64,000 nucleotides of DNA from contig JBDHAB010000006.1 of the NCBI GenBank assembly GCA_039588295.1, positions 161,347 through 225,346 on the forward strand. The letters are read 5' to 3'. The stretch's first letter is position 1. The number at the start of each line of letters is the position of its first letter. A program made the position numbers and the translations under genes. The notes under the pieces are model-generated. The model was not told the origin of the DNA. It saw only the letters and a program-made list of their open reading frames with translations, and searched no databases. Of this stretch, positions 48,876-58,285 are shown in pieces. This DNA comes from Gemmatimonadota bacterium (lineage in GTDB: Bacteria; Gemmatimonadota; Gemmatimonadetes; Gemmatimonadales; GWC2-71-9).

Positions 48876-49316
48876 GTGTCGCAGCGCGAGATTGCTGAAA
48901 TTGCCGAGCGGCTGGGCATGTATCTCGACCGGAGCAGCGATGTGCCGCTGTACCGTCAGATCGTGGACCGCCTGTGGCTGGAGGTGGTGACGGGTACGTT
49001 GGAGACCGACGATCGGCTACCCACGGTGCGGCAGTTGGCCATCGATCTCAACATCCATCCCACTGCCGTGAGTCGCGCGTACGAAGAGCTGGAGCTGCTT
49101 GGTGTGCTGATCACCCGACCGGGCACGGGAACGTTTGTGGGACTGCGACCCCCGGACCAGTCGATCTTGGAGCGGCGGGCCCAGCTCGAGCGGTTCTGCC
49201 GCGACATTCTCTCGCAGAGCGAGGCCTTGGGAATCGCGGTGGGCGACGTGATTGCGATGCTGGGTGAGCTGCAAGCCGGCGGCCACAACTCCGGAGGTGG
49301 GAGGAGGTCAGAATGA
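48876..49316 (+). CDS. GntR-family regulator (YtrA-like)
   Basis: VPLYRQI, LPTVRQLA, VSRAYEELE, GTGTFV; short C-terminal domain. Confidence 0.9.
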   Translation: MSQREIAEIAERLGMYLDRSSDVPLYRQIVDRLWLEVVTGTLETDDRLPTVRQLAIDLNIHPTAVSRAYEELELLGVLITRPGTGTFVGLRPPDQSILERRAQLERFCRDILSQSEALGIAVGDVIAMLGELQAGGHNSGGGRRSE

Positions 49317-50332
49317 CCAATGAGTTTCTGCCAGCCAGAATTTCCTCGGCCCTGACTGGCACGCAGATCCATCGGGGGCCGAAAGACTCGCCGACCGACA
49401 CCCGGTATCCGCCGGCTGCCGCGTTCGCCGGTCTCGCGTCGGCCGTCGTCGTGGGCGGAGCGGGCGTACTCATCGGACTGGCCGCGGGAGCGGCCGTCAC
49501 CATTGCCGGTGTAGCCATCGGTGCTCTCGCCGGCCTCTTCGTCGGTTCCTCCATCAAGTATGCCGACCAGTGGGAAAAGGCCGTCGTGCTCAGGCTTGGG
49601 AGGTATCGCGGCCTGCGAGGTCCCGGGCTGTTCTACGTGGTGCCCATCCTGGACCGAATCACGTACCACATCGACCAGCGGATCCGCACCACGGACTTCG
49701 GTGCGGAGTCGTGCCTCACGAAGGACACGGTGCCGGTCAACGTGGACGCGATTGCGTTCTGGATCGTGTATGATGCCGAACGTGCCGCTCTGGAGGTGCA
49801 GCAGTATCAAGCGGCAGTGGTGCTCGCTGCGCAGACCGCGCTGCGAGATGCGATTGGCAAGCACGATCTCGCCGAGCTGATCCAATCCCGCAAGGAGCTG
49901 GGACGCGGTCTGCAGCAGATTCTCGACGCGAAGATGCACGACTGGGGTATTCAAGTACAGTCGGTCGAGATCCGGGATGTGATCATTCCGAAGGCGCTGG
50001 AGGAGGCGATGTCGCGCCAGGCGCAGGCCGAGCGTGAGCGACAGGCGCGCATCATCCTTGGCACGGCGGAAACGCAGATCGCGTCGAAGTTCGTGGAGGC
50101 GGCGGAGAGCTACAGCCAGAATCCGGTGGCGCTCAATCTGCGTGCCATGAACATGCTGTACGAGAGTATCGTCAAGCGGGGCTCGCTAATGGTTGTCCCA
50201 TCGGGCCTCGTAGACTCCCTCAACCTGGGGAACGTCCTGGGCCTCTCCGGCGCAGCGAGCGCGGCCGGTATGATGAAACCGCCGCCCGAGGACGCGTCCG
50301 CGGAGGAAGGAGAGCCTGACGAAGATTTCTGA
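49313..50332 (+). CDS. SPFH/stomatin-like (slipin) protein
   Basis: WEKAVVLRLG, LTKDTVPVNVDA, AQTALRDAIG, VEIRDV, AMSRQAQAERERQA; ATGA overlap with gntR. Confidence 0.92.
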   Translation: MTNEFLPARISSALTGTQIHRGPKDSPTDTRYPPAAAFAGLASAVVVGGAGVLIGLAAGAAVTIAGVAIGALAGLFVGSSIKYADQWEKAVVLRLGRYRGLRGPGLFYVVPILDRITYHIDQRIRTTDFGAESCLTKDTVPVNVDAIAFWIVYDAERAALEVQQYQAAVVLAAQTALRDAIGKHDLAELIQSRKELGRGLQQILDAKMHDWGIQVQSVEIRDVIIPKALEEAMSRQAQAERERQARIILGTAETQIASKFVEAAESYSQNPVALNLRAMNMLYESIVKRGSLMVVPSGLVDSLNLGNVLGLSGAASAAGMMKPPPEDASAEEGEPDEDF

Positions 50333-50359
50333 GCCCTCCACTACCGTGAGGGGGCACGC

Positions 50360-51180
50360 CTGAAGGACACCTTCCTGGTCGCAGTCGCCGTGCAGAGTTT
50401 GCTTGGCGTGGCCGCTCCTCTTTGCGCGCAGACGCCCAAACAGCTCAGAGACGCCGAACGAGTGGCAGCTCGGTTTGAGGAGGCCGAGACGGAGGGGGAC
50501 GCGTCGATACAGGTCGAGCTCTGGGAGCAGGTGGAGCGATCGCTCGATCAGACTGAGGCCTATCTCGAATCCCACCCGGACGATCCGACGGCACTCCTGC
50601 TCTATGTGCGCCTCGGGAGGATTACCGTGTCGGCCGAGCAGTCGGAATTCACGGTCCGTGACGGTGCAATCGTTCCGCTCGACACCACGGATCAGTATGC
50701 GCCGCTACATATGGCGCTCGATCGGATGCTCGCGCTCGAGCCGTCAAACGCGGAGGCGCACTACTGGAAGGCGCGGATCCGCGGCACGCAGAGCTGAGTG
50801 AGGGCTTGGCGCAGGTCATCGGGACTGGTCTCGGTCGGTTCGCACCCATCCGCGCCAACGTGTACATCGTCCCGTCCTCCGCGGCCGTGCTCGAAGCGTT
50901 CTATCAGCAGCACTGGCCCGGTTTCCGGTTCTTTGGGCCGGACGAGATCGAGATGGAACGGGACGAAGGCACCTACTCGCAGTTCCTGTTCTTCCAGAAG
51001 GATGGCAGTCTGCGCCCAGCACAGAGACCGAAGGACATGCGCAATGCCAAGGACAACGGAGTGTCCCTCATGGTGATGGAGCAGCGGGGGCAGCCGGCAG
51101 CGTGGGTGGAGCTACCGATCGAAACGTCCGATGTCTATTGCCAGATCGCGATCATCAACAACCGCGGAGCGAAGTTCTGA
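50360..51180 (+). pseudogene. Secreted TPR-like protein split into two frames (probable frameshift or internal deletion)
   Basis: ORF to 50797 has a signal peptide and TPR-like helices (LALEPSNAEAHYWKAR). Coding-like sequence continues in another frame (AELSEGLAQ...NNRGAKF*) with no RBS. Confidence 0.5.
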
Positions 51181-51204
51181 CCCGCTGTAAGCGCCGGAGT
51201 CGCG

Positions 51205-51786
51205 TCAACCGGTCTCGACGTCGGTCGCCTGTCCCGTGGTCGGGACTCCAAACCGGGGGATCGAATCGACTGCGATCCCCAGTAATTCTCCGAGAACCGG
51301 TCGTGATAGCATTGGTGGGGTGGCGAGCCAGGTGAGATCGGCGTCGCGCGCGTAGAAGTAGTGGATTTGGCCTTGGCCGAAGACGGCGTGTACCTCGATC
51401 CCGCCGATGTGGTATTCCGTGTGATGTCCGTATCCACTACTGCCGGAGCCGATACGCTCCGACATGGCCGCGAGTTGTGCACGGGCGTCGTCGGCCGATC
51501 CGAAGCGGCTCACATAGAGCACCATGCGCAGGTCTTCCGGACCGTAGGTGCCGATGTAGCTCTCCGTGGGGGCCACGCTTTCCTCGTGTAAGCTGCCGAT
51601 GGCCTGTGCGGCGTCCCCGCCGGATTGCGACTCGATCAATGGTAGTCCATGGATTTGCTCGGGAAGGAACAGTGCAGCGTCGCCTTCGTTCCCGCCGCAA
51701 CCGGCCACCAGGAGGGTCAATACCGCGGGAACCAGAAGGTGAACTGTCCGTCGTCCACGTGTGGCAGTGATGATCATCTCGTCCAT
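51205..51786 (-). CDS. Lipoprotein, hypothetical
   Basis: Lipobox LVAG-C; coding-like composition; start uncertain (51786/51777). Confidence 0.7.
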   Translation of the reverse strand: MDEMIITATRGRRTVHLLVPAVLTLLVAGCGGNEGDAALFLPEQIHGLPLIESQSGGDAAQAIGSLHEESVAPTESYIGTYGPEDLRMVLYVSRFGSADDARAQLAAMSERIGSGSSGYGHHTEYHIGGIEVHAVFGQGQIHYFYARDADLTWLATPPMLSRPVLGELLGIAVDSIPRFGVPTTGQATDVETG

Positions 51787-52058
51787 CTCCCGTCCCACGT
51801 CCTGGGGGTACCTGTGGCTGGTGCCACCGGCGCTCAGATTGCAGCCGGCCCGGTTGCCAATTGTGGTTCCCGGGCCGTCAAGCTAGTCGAGTGGGGCGAC
51901 CGCTACAAGGTGCTAGCCCGACCCGGTCTTGCACCATATTCTTCACGTGAACCACTAGTACTCTGCACGACGCGCGCCTCAAGACCGCCGAGCCCGGGGG
52001 GTGAGTGTGGGGAATGACTGCGGAAGGGCAACGGCCGAGTAGGAGTTGGCAGACCGCG

Positions 52059-53111
52059 GTGTCCGTCATCCGGATTCTGTTTCTGGCCGACACGCATCTC
52101 GGGATCGACCTCCCGGTGCGACCGCGGATCGAGCGACGTCGTCGCGGGCACGATTTCCTGGCCAACTTCGAAGCAGCGCTGCACGCGGCGGAGACGCATC
52201 GGGTGCACCTCGTGATTCACGGGGGGGACCTGTTCTACCGCAGCCGCGTCCCGGCGAGTGTGGTGTATGCTGGCTTCGCACCACTCAAACGGACGGCGGA
52301 CCTCGGCATTCCGGTGTATGTGGTCCCGGGCAATCACGAGCGATCGTCGATCCCGTTCCCGATGTTGGCCGTGCATCCGGGCATCCACATCTTCGACCGG
52401 CCTAGAACATTCACCGTGGAGGTCGACGGCATTCGGATCGCCCTGGCCGGCTTCCCGCACTACCGGCGGGCAGTGCGGGATCAGTTTGTCGCGCTGGTCG
52501 ACGAGACGCGCTGGGACGAAGCCAACACGGACGTCAACCTGCTCTGCGTGCACCAGTGCTTCGAAGGAGCGACGGTGGGTCCGAAGAACTACACGTTTCG
52601 CTATGCAAAGGAAGTCGTACGAGCCGCAGAGGTTCCTAGTCCGTTCGCCGCGGTGCTCGCAGGACACGTCCACCGCCATCAAGTGTTAACCACGGACCTC
52701 CGTGGACAACCGCTTGCAACCCCGGTGCTCTATCCGGGGTCGATTGAGCGGACGTCGTTCGCTGAGCGGCAAGAGGAGAAAGGCTATCTCTTGCTGGAGG
52801 TCGAGCGAGGGCAGGATTGCGGTGGAGTGTTGCGACGCTGGGAATTCCGCCGGCTGTCGGCTCGGCCCATGGAAGTGAAGGAAGTTCAGGCCGACGGTGC
52901 CACCGCCAACATCCTCGAACGGAGGCTCGCATCCGCAATTGACAAGGTACCTCGGGACGCCGTCTTGCGGATTCGGGTGCATGGGCAGGTCACGCAAGAC
53001 GCAAGGGCCGTCGTGCACGCGGCCAATCTCCGCGCGCTCGCACCGCCGACGATGAATGTGGAAGTCATGCTGGTTGACGACGGTGCGAGACGCTCAGTGA
53101 AGCGCACCTAG
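52059..53111 (+). CDS. SbcD/Mre11-like metallophosphoesterase (DNA repair exonuclease)
   Basis: ADTHLG, GGDLF, PGNHE, AGHVH, YPGS..E KGY motifs. Confidence 0.88.
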   Translation: MSVIRILFLADTHLGIDLPVRPRIERRRRGHDFLANFEAALHAAETHRVHLVIHGGDLFYRSRVPASVVYAGFAPLKRTADLGIPVYVVPGNHERSSIPFPMLAVHPGIHIFDRPRTFTVEVDGIRIALAGFPHYRRAVRDQFVALVDETRWDEANTDVNLLCVHQCFEGATVGPKNYTFRYAKEVVRAAEVPSPFAAVLAGHVHRHQVLTTDLRGQPLATPVLYPGSIERTSFAERQEEKGYLLLEVERGQDCGGVLRRWEFRRLSARPMEVKEVQADGATANILERRLASAIDKVPRDAVLRIRVHGQVTQDARAVVHAANLRALAPPTMNVEVMLVDDGARRSVKRT

Positions 53112-53192
53112 CCGCCACAGAGGCGGAGCCGTTATAGTTCGCCGCGAACGGTCGCTGAAGACGGAACCAATTCGACGCGAGGATCGTGTGAA

Positions 53193-55484
53193 ATGACGAT
53201 GACCCGTATCCTGATGGTGGTTCTCGCAGGGCTGCTGAGCGCTCCGTCACTTAGCGCTCAAGACATTCCCACGCCACAGACGTTCTTTGGACTCGAGATC
53301 GGCGCGGATCGCAATCTCGCGAGCTGGGAACAACTCACGTCGTGGTACGAGCTGCTGGCGGAGCAAAGTCCGCGGGTTGCGCTGGATACGCTGGGAGAGA
53401 CGACGCTTGGCCTGCCGTTCGTCATGCTCACGGTCACGAGCCCCGAGAACCATGCGCGCCTCGGAGCGCTGCACGACATTCAAATGAAGTTGGCCGATCC
53501 GCGACGCGTAGCTCAAGGAGAGCTGGAGGGGCTGTTAGATGAGGGGAAGTCGGTGGTTCTGGTCACCCACGGGATTCATGCCACCGAGGTCGGTGGGCCT
53601 CAAATGGCCGCGCGCCTCATGTACAAGCTGGCGACGTCAGACGAGGAGAAGGTCCGCGAGATCCTGAATAACGTGATTCTGCTGGACATTCCTTCGCTCA
53701 ATCCCGACGGTCTCGACATGATCGTGAACTGGTATCGCCGCTGGGTCGGCACGCAGTACGAAGCCGCGCCGCTACCGATGCTGTACCACTCTTATGTGGG
53801 ACACGACAACAACCGCGATTGGTACGCCTTCACTCAAGCGGAAACCGAGCTCACCGTCACGAAGGCCCACAACGCGTGGCATCCCCAGATCGTACATGAC
53901 ATCCATCAGATGGGGCGCACGGGTGCCAGGATCTTCTTCCCGCCGTTCATCGAGCCGTGGGAGGAAAATGTCGATCCGCGCCTGACCGCGGCCGTGAATC
54001 AATTGGGATCCTACATGGCGGCGGAACTCATTGCACAGGGGAAAAAGGGCGTTGTCATCAACGCGAGCTACGATGCGTACACGCCGGCGCGCGCGTATCA
54101 GCATTATCACGCGGGGGTTCGGATCTTGAGCGAGACCGCCTCGATCCGCATCGCCACTCCGATCACCGTTCAGAAAGACGAGCTCAGCGGCCGTCGCGGC
54201 TTCGATGCCACGGTCCGATCGTGGAATTTCCCGGCCGTCTGGGACGGCGGGGAGTGGCACTTGTCCGACATCGTGGACTACATGGAAGCGGGCGTCATGG
54301 CCCTGCTCACCAATGCGGCCAAGAACCGGCGCTACTGGCTGGAGAATTTCTACCGGATCAACGAAGCAGCTGTGCAGGGCTGGTCGGAATGGCCCGCGGC
54401 GTGGGTGCTGCCAAATACCGCAACACCAGGGCTCGATGCCGTGTTGCGTGTGCTGACGTTGGGGGACGTGGAGGTCCATCGGACGGAGGCGGTATTCGAG
54501 GCGAATGGTCGCGAGGTGCCGGCCGGCAGCTACGTGATTCCAATGAACCAGCCGTACGCGGCATTTGCGCAGACGCTGTTGTCTCGCCAGCAGTATCCCG
54601 ACCTGCGGCTCTATCCGGGTGGGCCACCGCGACCGCCCTATGATGTCACGGCGCACACGCTGCCGCTCCTGATGGACATCGAGGCGCTGGCCGTGGACCA
54701 GCTGCCGGCGGCGACCCTGACGGACCCGATTCCGGTTCCCGAGGTTCAGTACGAAGCGCCGCCCACGCTCACCGGGTCGGCGGCGCCGCGTATCGCCCTC
54801 TACAAGTCGTGGCGCGAGCCGATGCCGGAAGGGTGGACGCGCTGGGTGCTAGACCGGCACGCGATTCCTTACGATACGCTGCACGATGCGGACATTCGGA
54901 GTGGCGCGTTGACCGAGTATGACGTGCTGCTGTTCGAAGACCAGGCGCCGGAGCAGATCGTCGCGGGGTTTTCGGCGGACGAGATGCCGGCAGCGTATGC
55001 CGGGGGACTGGGTGACGATGGTGTGGCGGCGGTACGAAGCTTTGTCGAGGGCGCAGGGCGGATCGTGTCCGTCGGCCGTGCAACCGACTTCGCGATCGAA
55101 ACGTTCAGTCTCGCTGTGACGAATCCCGTAGCCGATCTCCCCGCGGAGGAGTTCTTCATCCCCGGATCGATTCTGCGGTTGAACTTGGAAAGCGGACAGG
55201 CAATGGCTTCAGGGATGCCGGCTGAAACCATCGCGTGGTACTGGAGAAGTAGTCGTGCCTTCGACGTGAATGACGACCGAGCCACCGTGATTGGTCGCTA
55301 CGGTACCGATCCACTGCTCTCGGGGTGGGCGTCGGGACAAGAGCACGTTGCCGGAAAGCCTGCGGTCGTCGATGTGGCGGTGGGCGACGGGTCGGTCGTG
55401 CTGTTCGGCTTCGCTCCCAACTACCGGGGCCAGAGCATCGCGACGTGGCCGCTGTTGTTCAACGCGCTGAGCTATCGCAAGTGA
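53193..55484 (+). CDS. M14 zinc carboxypeptidase with C-terminal GATase-like domain, secreted
   Basis: Signal peptide; GIHATE (HxxE), NPDG, DNNRD, HDIHQ. Confidence 0.9.
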   Translation: MTMTRILMVVLAGLLSAPSLSAQDIPTPQTFFGLEIGADRNLASWEQLTSWYELLAEQSPRVALDTLGETTLGLPFVMLTVTSPENHARLGALHDIQMKLADPRRVAQGELEGLLDEGKSVVLVTHGIHATEVGGPQMAARLMYKLATSDEEKVREILNNVILLDIPSLNPDGLDMIVNWYRRWVGTQYEAAPLPMLYHSYVGHDNNRDWYAFTQAETELTVTKAHNAWHPQIVHDIHQMGRTGARIFFPPFIEPWEENVDPRLTAAVNQLGSYMAAELIAQGKKGVVINASYDAYTPARAYQHYHAGVRILSETASIRIATPITVQKDELSGRRGFDATVRSWNFPAVWDGGEWHLSDIVDYMEAGVMALLTNAAKNRRYWLENFYRINEAAVQGWSEWPAAWVLPNTATPGLDAVLRVLTLGDVEVHRTEAVFEANGREVPAGSYVIPMNQPYAAFAQTLLSRQQYPDLRLYPGGPPRPPYDVTAHTLPLLMDIEALAVDQLPAATLTDPIPVPEVQYEAPPTLTGSAAPRIALYKSWREPMPEGWTRWVLDRHAIPYDTLHDADIRSGALTEYDVLLFEDQAPEQIVAGFSADEMPAAYAGGLGDDGVAAVRSFVEGAGRIVSVGRATDFAIETFSLAVTNPVADLPAEEFFIPGSILRLNLESGQAMASGMPAETIAWYWRSSRAFDVNDDRATVIGRYGTDPLLSGWASGQEHVAGKPAVVDVAVGDGSVVLFGFAPNYRGQSIATWPLLFNALSYRK

Positions 55485-55517
55485 GGTGACGTTTTAGGCA
55501 CGCGCGCTCAGGGCATG

Positions 55518-55895
55518 CTATCGTTGCGCGCGCTCCGCATGCGCCATGGTGCTCCACAGTGCCGCGCCGAGTGCAATGAGCACGCCGACAATGGCGAAAA
55601 AGCTGTCGAACGCGAACCCCGCGGCGGCGACCACCAGTCCGAGCATGCCCACCGTGAGCGGTTCTCCACGACCGTGCAGTTTGTAGCCGATCCACAGCCC
55701 CCAGGCGATCCCGGCGAATGCCGCAATTGACAGTGGAATCCAGGCTGCGGGAGGCAGTGAGACGCTCCCGGCGATTCGAGCGACCAGCACGATCAGGCCG
55801 ACCACCAGTCCCGCCGTGAGCAAGAGCGGGAGCGGGCCGATGACGGCGACGATGCCGTGACAGCAGTCGCGATCGTTAGTACCGCAGCAGCACAT
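55518..55895 (-). CDS. Cys-rich small membrane protein, MerC-like
   Basis: N-terminal MCCCG...CCH; four TM helices; GYKLHGRGEPLTVG resembles the MerC GxRxH..PL..G loop; RBS AGGAGG. Confidence 0.6.
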   Translation of the reverse strand: MCCCGTNDRDCCHGIVAVIGPLPLLLTAGLVVGLIVLVARIAGSVSLPPAAWIPLSIAAFAGIAWGLWIGYKLHGRGEPLTVGMLGLVVAAAGFAFDSFFAIVGVLIALGAALWSTMAHAERAQR

Positions 55896-55921
55896 GGGGC
55901 CCTCCTGGCGAGACTCCGTCC

Positions 55922-56344
55922 TCACCCCTCTCGCTGTTCGTCAGACTCCGACTCGAACATCTCGCGCGCCTTCTTGCGCAGGTTCTCCTTGGCACTCTCC
56001 ACGCCCTCGAGTGCCTCGGACAGCTCGTCCAGCTCCCGCGCGTGAACCTTGAGTCCCTCGCGTACAAAGAACGCCGCCGCTTCGGATCGACTCTTGAACG
56101 CGCCGGTTTCGATCCAGGCATCGAGGGTCTTGCTCGTGGCTTCGTCGATGCGGACCATGAGTACCTGGTCGCGCGTGGTCTTGCCCATCTCTTTGAGGCT
56201 ATCGGCGAACCCGCCCGTCATGCAAAACACCTTGAGCGGCGACTCGGGGTCGCTGTCGCAGCATCCGGCGTCCAGGTCGATGCCTTTCTTGCCGAGTTCC
56301 TCGCGAATGCGATCCCAGATGCGGGAGAGGTCGAAGTCACTCAT
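55922..56344 (-). CDS. Ribbon-helix-helix (CopG/NikR-N-like) protein with N-terminal Cys motif and C-terminal coiled coil
   Basis: VLMVRIDE..KTLDAWIETGAFKSRSEAAAFFVREGL; GCCD...C upstream; RBS GAGG. Confidence 0.7.
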   Translation of the reverse strand: MSDFDLSRIWDRIREELGKKGIDLDAGCCDSDPESPLKVFCMTGGFADSLKEMGKTTRDQVLMVRIDEATSKTLDAWIETGAFKSRSEAAAFFVREGLKVHARELDELSEALEGVESAKENLRKKAREMFESESDEQREG

Positions 56345-56374
56345 AGGTGTCCTCGTACGGGCAACTGCTGGGAT

Positions 56375-56405
56375 GTAATGTAATTACGCATTACGTGTTC
56401 TGCAA
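56375..56405 (-). promoter_or_regulatory. Sigma-70 promoter with GTAAT/ATTAC repeat operator
   Basis: Minus strand TTGCAG-N17-TACATT; + strand GTAATGTAATTACGCATTAC (56375-56394) has two GTAAT and two ATTAC boxes overlapping the -10. Confidence 0.65.
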
Positions 56406-56520
56406 CTGCACACGGAGGGCTGTCTCGTAAGTCATTGCTGGCTAGCCGCTTATGCTCATGGAGCCTCGCCTGAACCGCGTTCGGACTCTCCAGACGATGC
56501 GCGGCTTGTGGTTCTTGGCT

Positions 56521-56540
56521 ATTTGGCTAGATTGCCAAAT
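56521..56540 (+). promoter_or_regulatory. Probable ArsR operator overlapping the -10
   Basis: ATTTGGC-TAGATT-GCCAAAT perfect 7-6-7 inverted repeat; the spacer TAGATT is -10-like; immediately precedes the arsR ATG. Confidence 0.7.
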
Positions 56541-56543
56541 CTC

Positions 56544-56870
56544 ATGGCGCGCATGGATCCCAGGACGCGCACCCGATACCGGGCTCGCGCCGATGTCATG
56601 AAGGCGTTGGCGCATCCGACTCGCCTGTTCATCGTCGACCAGCTCGCGGTTGAGCCGCACTGCGTGTCTGAGCTGACGGAGATGATCGGCGCCGACGTGT
56701 CCACGGTCTCGAAACATCTCGCCGTGCTCAAGCAGTCCGGGATCGTGAGCGACGAGAAGCGCGGTGGGCAGGTCTTCTACTCGTTACAGGTCCCATGCGT
56801 GCTCAATTGGTATTCGTGCGTGGAAGGCGTGCTCAAGTCGAGTGCCAAACGACAATTGGAGGCGACCTAG
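56544..56870 (+). CDS. ArsR/SmtB-family metalloregulator
   Basis: KALAHPTRLFIV, HCVSEL, STVSKHLAVLKQSG, FYSL; C-terminal CVLNWYSC. Confidence 0.93.
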   Translation: MARMDPRTRTRYRARADVMKALAHPTRLFIVDQLAVEPHCVSELTEMIGADVSTVSKHLAVLKQSGIVSDEKRGGQVFYSLQVPCVLNWYSCVEGVLKSSAKRQLEAT

Positions 56871-56921
56871 GTCCGCTAACGCTGGACACTCTGCCTGGGT
56901 GGCCGCGAGGATGAGGTGGGG

Positions 56922-58235
56922 ATGTACTGGGGACGTGAGTGGCGTGCAGTTCTGCTGATCGTCGGGATCTTTCTTCTCACCTTCTACCTGCCGATCGAGC
57001 CTTTCGAGTCGGCGGTCCCCCTCATAGGTCCGGTCTGGGAGGCATTCTACCTCGCCCGATGGTACGCGCGGGAGCACGTCCTGCTGTGCCTCGTGCCGGC
57101 CTTTTTCATCGCGGGGGCCATCAGCGTCTTCATTAGTCAGGACGCTGTGATGAAGTACCTGGGCGCACGTGCGAGCAAGATTTTGGCGTACGGCGTGGCG
57201 TCGGTGTCGGGGAGCGTGCTGGCGGTGTGCTCGTGCACAGTGCTGCCGCTGTTCGCCGGGATCTACAAGCGGGGTGCTGGACTCGGACCCGCCACCGCAT
57301 TCCTTTATGCCGGTCCGGCGATCAACGTGCTGGCCATCATCCTCACCGCACGCGTGCTCGGCATGGAGCTGGGTATTGCCCGTGGAGTGGGCGCGGTGGT
57401 GTTCAGCATCGTGCTGGGTGCGTGCATGCACCTCCTCTTCCGCCGGGAGGAGCTCGAGAAGGCCCGTGTCGAAGCGGCGCTGCCAGAGCCGACGGTTGAG
57501 CGGCCCCTGTGGCAGAACGGCCTCTACTTCGGGGCGCTGGTGGCGATTCTCGTGTTTGCCAACTGGGGAAGCCCCGGAGAGAGTGGCAGTGTGTGGCGGA
57601 CGATTGCCTCCGGCAAGTGGGCGCTCACGGCTGGGTTCGCGGTGGGTCTCGGGGTGATGCTGGTGCGGTGGTTCGGGACCGTGTGGTGGCGCGTTGGGGT
57701 GGCGGCACTCGTGGTGGGAACGTTAGCGCTGGGCTTCCCTGCGACACCGACCGTTTCCTTCACCGCCGGGGCCTTGGGACTTACGGTGATCGCGGGCAGC
57801 CAGGAGGGGGAAATGCGGGAGTGGCTCCGCGAGTCGTGGGGCTTCGCCAAGCAGATACTGCCACTGTTGCTGCTCGGTGTGCTGATCGCTGGGGCGTTGT
57901 TGGGTCGCCCCGACCACGAGGGTCTCATACCTTCGGTATGGGTCGGCACTGCCGTGGGCGGCAACTCGCTCGTCGCCAATTTCTTTGCCTCAGTGGCCGG
58001 GGCCTTCATGTATTTCGCAACCCTGACGGAAGTACCGATTCTCCAAGGGCTCATTGGAAACGGGATGGGCAAAGGGCCCGCGCTCGCGCTACTGCTCGCC
58101 GGGCCGGCGCTCTCGCTCCCCAACATGCTGGTGATCCGGAGCGTGATGGGCACCAAGAAGACTGTTGCGTTCGTGACCCTCGCAGTTACGATGGCTACGA
58201 TGACGGGTATGCTGTACGGAACGTTCTTCGGATAG
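56922..58235 (+). CDS. DUF318 (ArsP-like) permease
   Basis: REHVLLCLVPAFFIAGAI, LAVCSCTVLPLF, FLYAGPAIN, MYFATLTEVP, GPALSLP. Confidence 0.9.
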   Translation: MYWGREWRAVLLIVGIFLLTFYLPIEPFESAVPLIGPVWEAFYLARWYAREHVLLCLVPAFFIAGAISVFISQDAVMKYLGARASKILAYGVASVSGSVLAVCSCTVLPLFAGIYKRGAGLGPATAFLYAGPAINVLAIILTARVLGMELGIARGVGAVVFSIVLGACMHLLFRREELEKARVEAALPEPTVERPLWQNGLYFGALVAILVFANWGSPGESGSVWRTIASGKWALTAGFAVGLGVMLVRWFGTVWWRVGVAALVVGTLALGFPATPTVSFTAGALGLTVIAGSQEGEMREWLRESWGFAKQILPLLLLGVLIAGALLGRPDHEGLIPSVWVGTAVGGNSLVANFFASVAGAFMYFATLTEVPILQGLIGNGMGKGPALALLLAGPALSLPNMLVIRSVMGTKKTVAFVTLAVTMATMTGMLYGTFFG

Positions 58236-58285
58236 CACAGCATGATGACGCTGACCACGGAACAGAGAACGAAGCAGGAGACATA

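Noticed and set aside
50795..50797. Selenocysteine or read-through at the TGA of the TPR-like ORF
   Set aside because: The in-frame downstream sequence (VRAWRRSSG...) is not protein-like. The plausible continuation is in another frame and there is no redox motif context.
51942..51951. Palindrome TTCACGTGAA upstream of the SbcD-like gene as an SOS box
   Set aside because: A 10-bp palindrome is expected by chance, no second copy was seen and the lineage's LexA motif is unknown to me.
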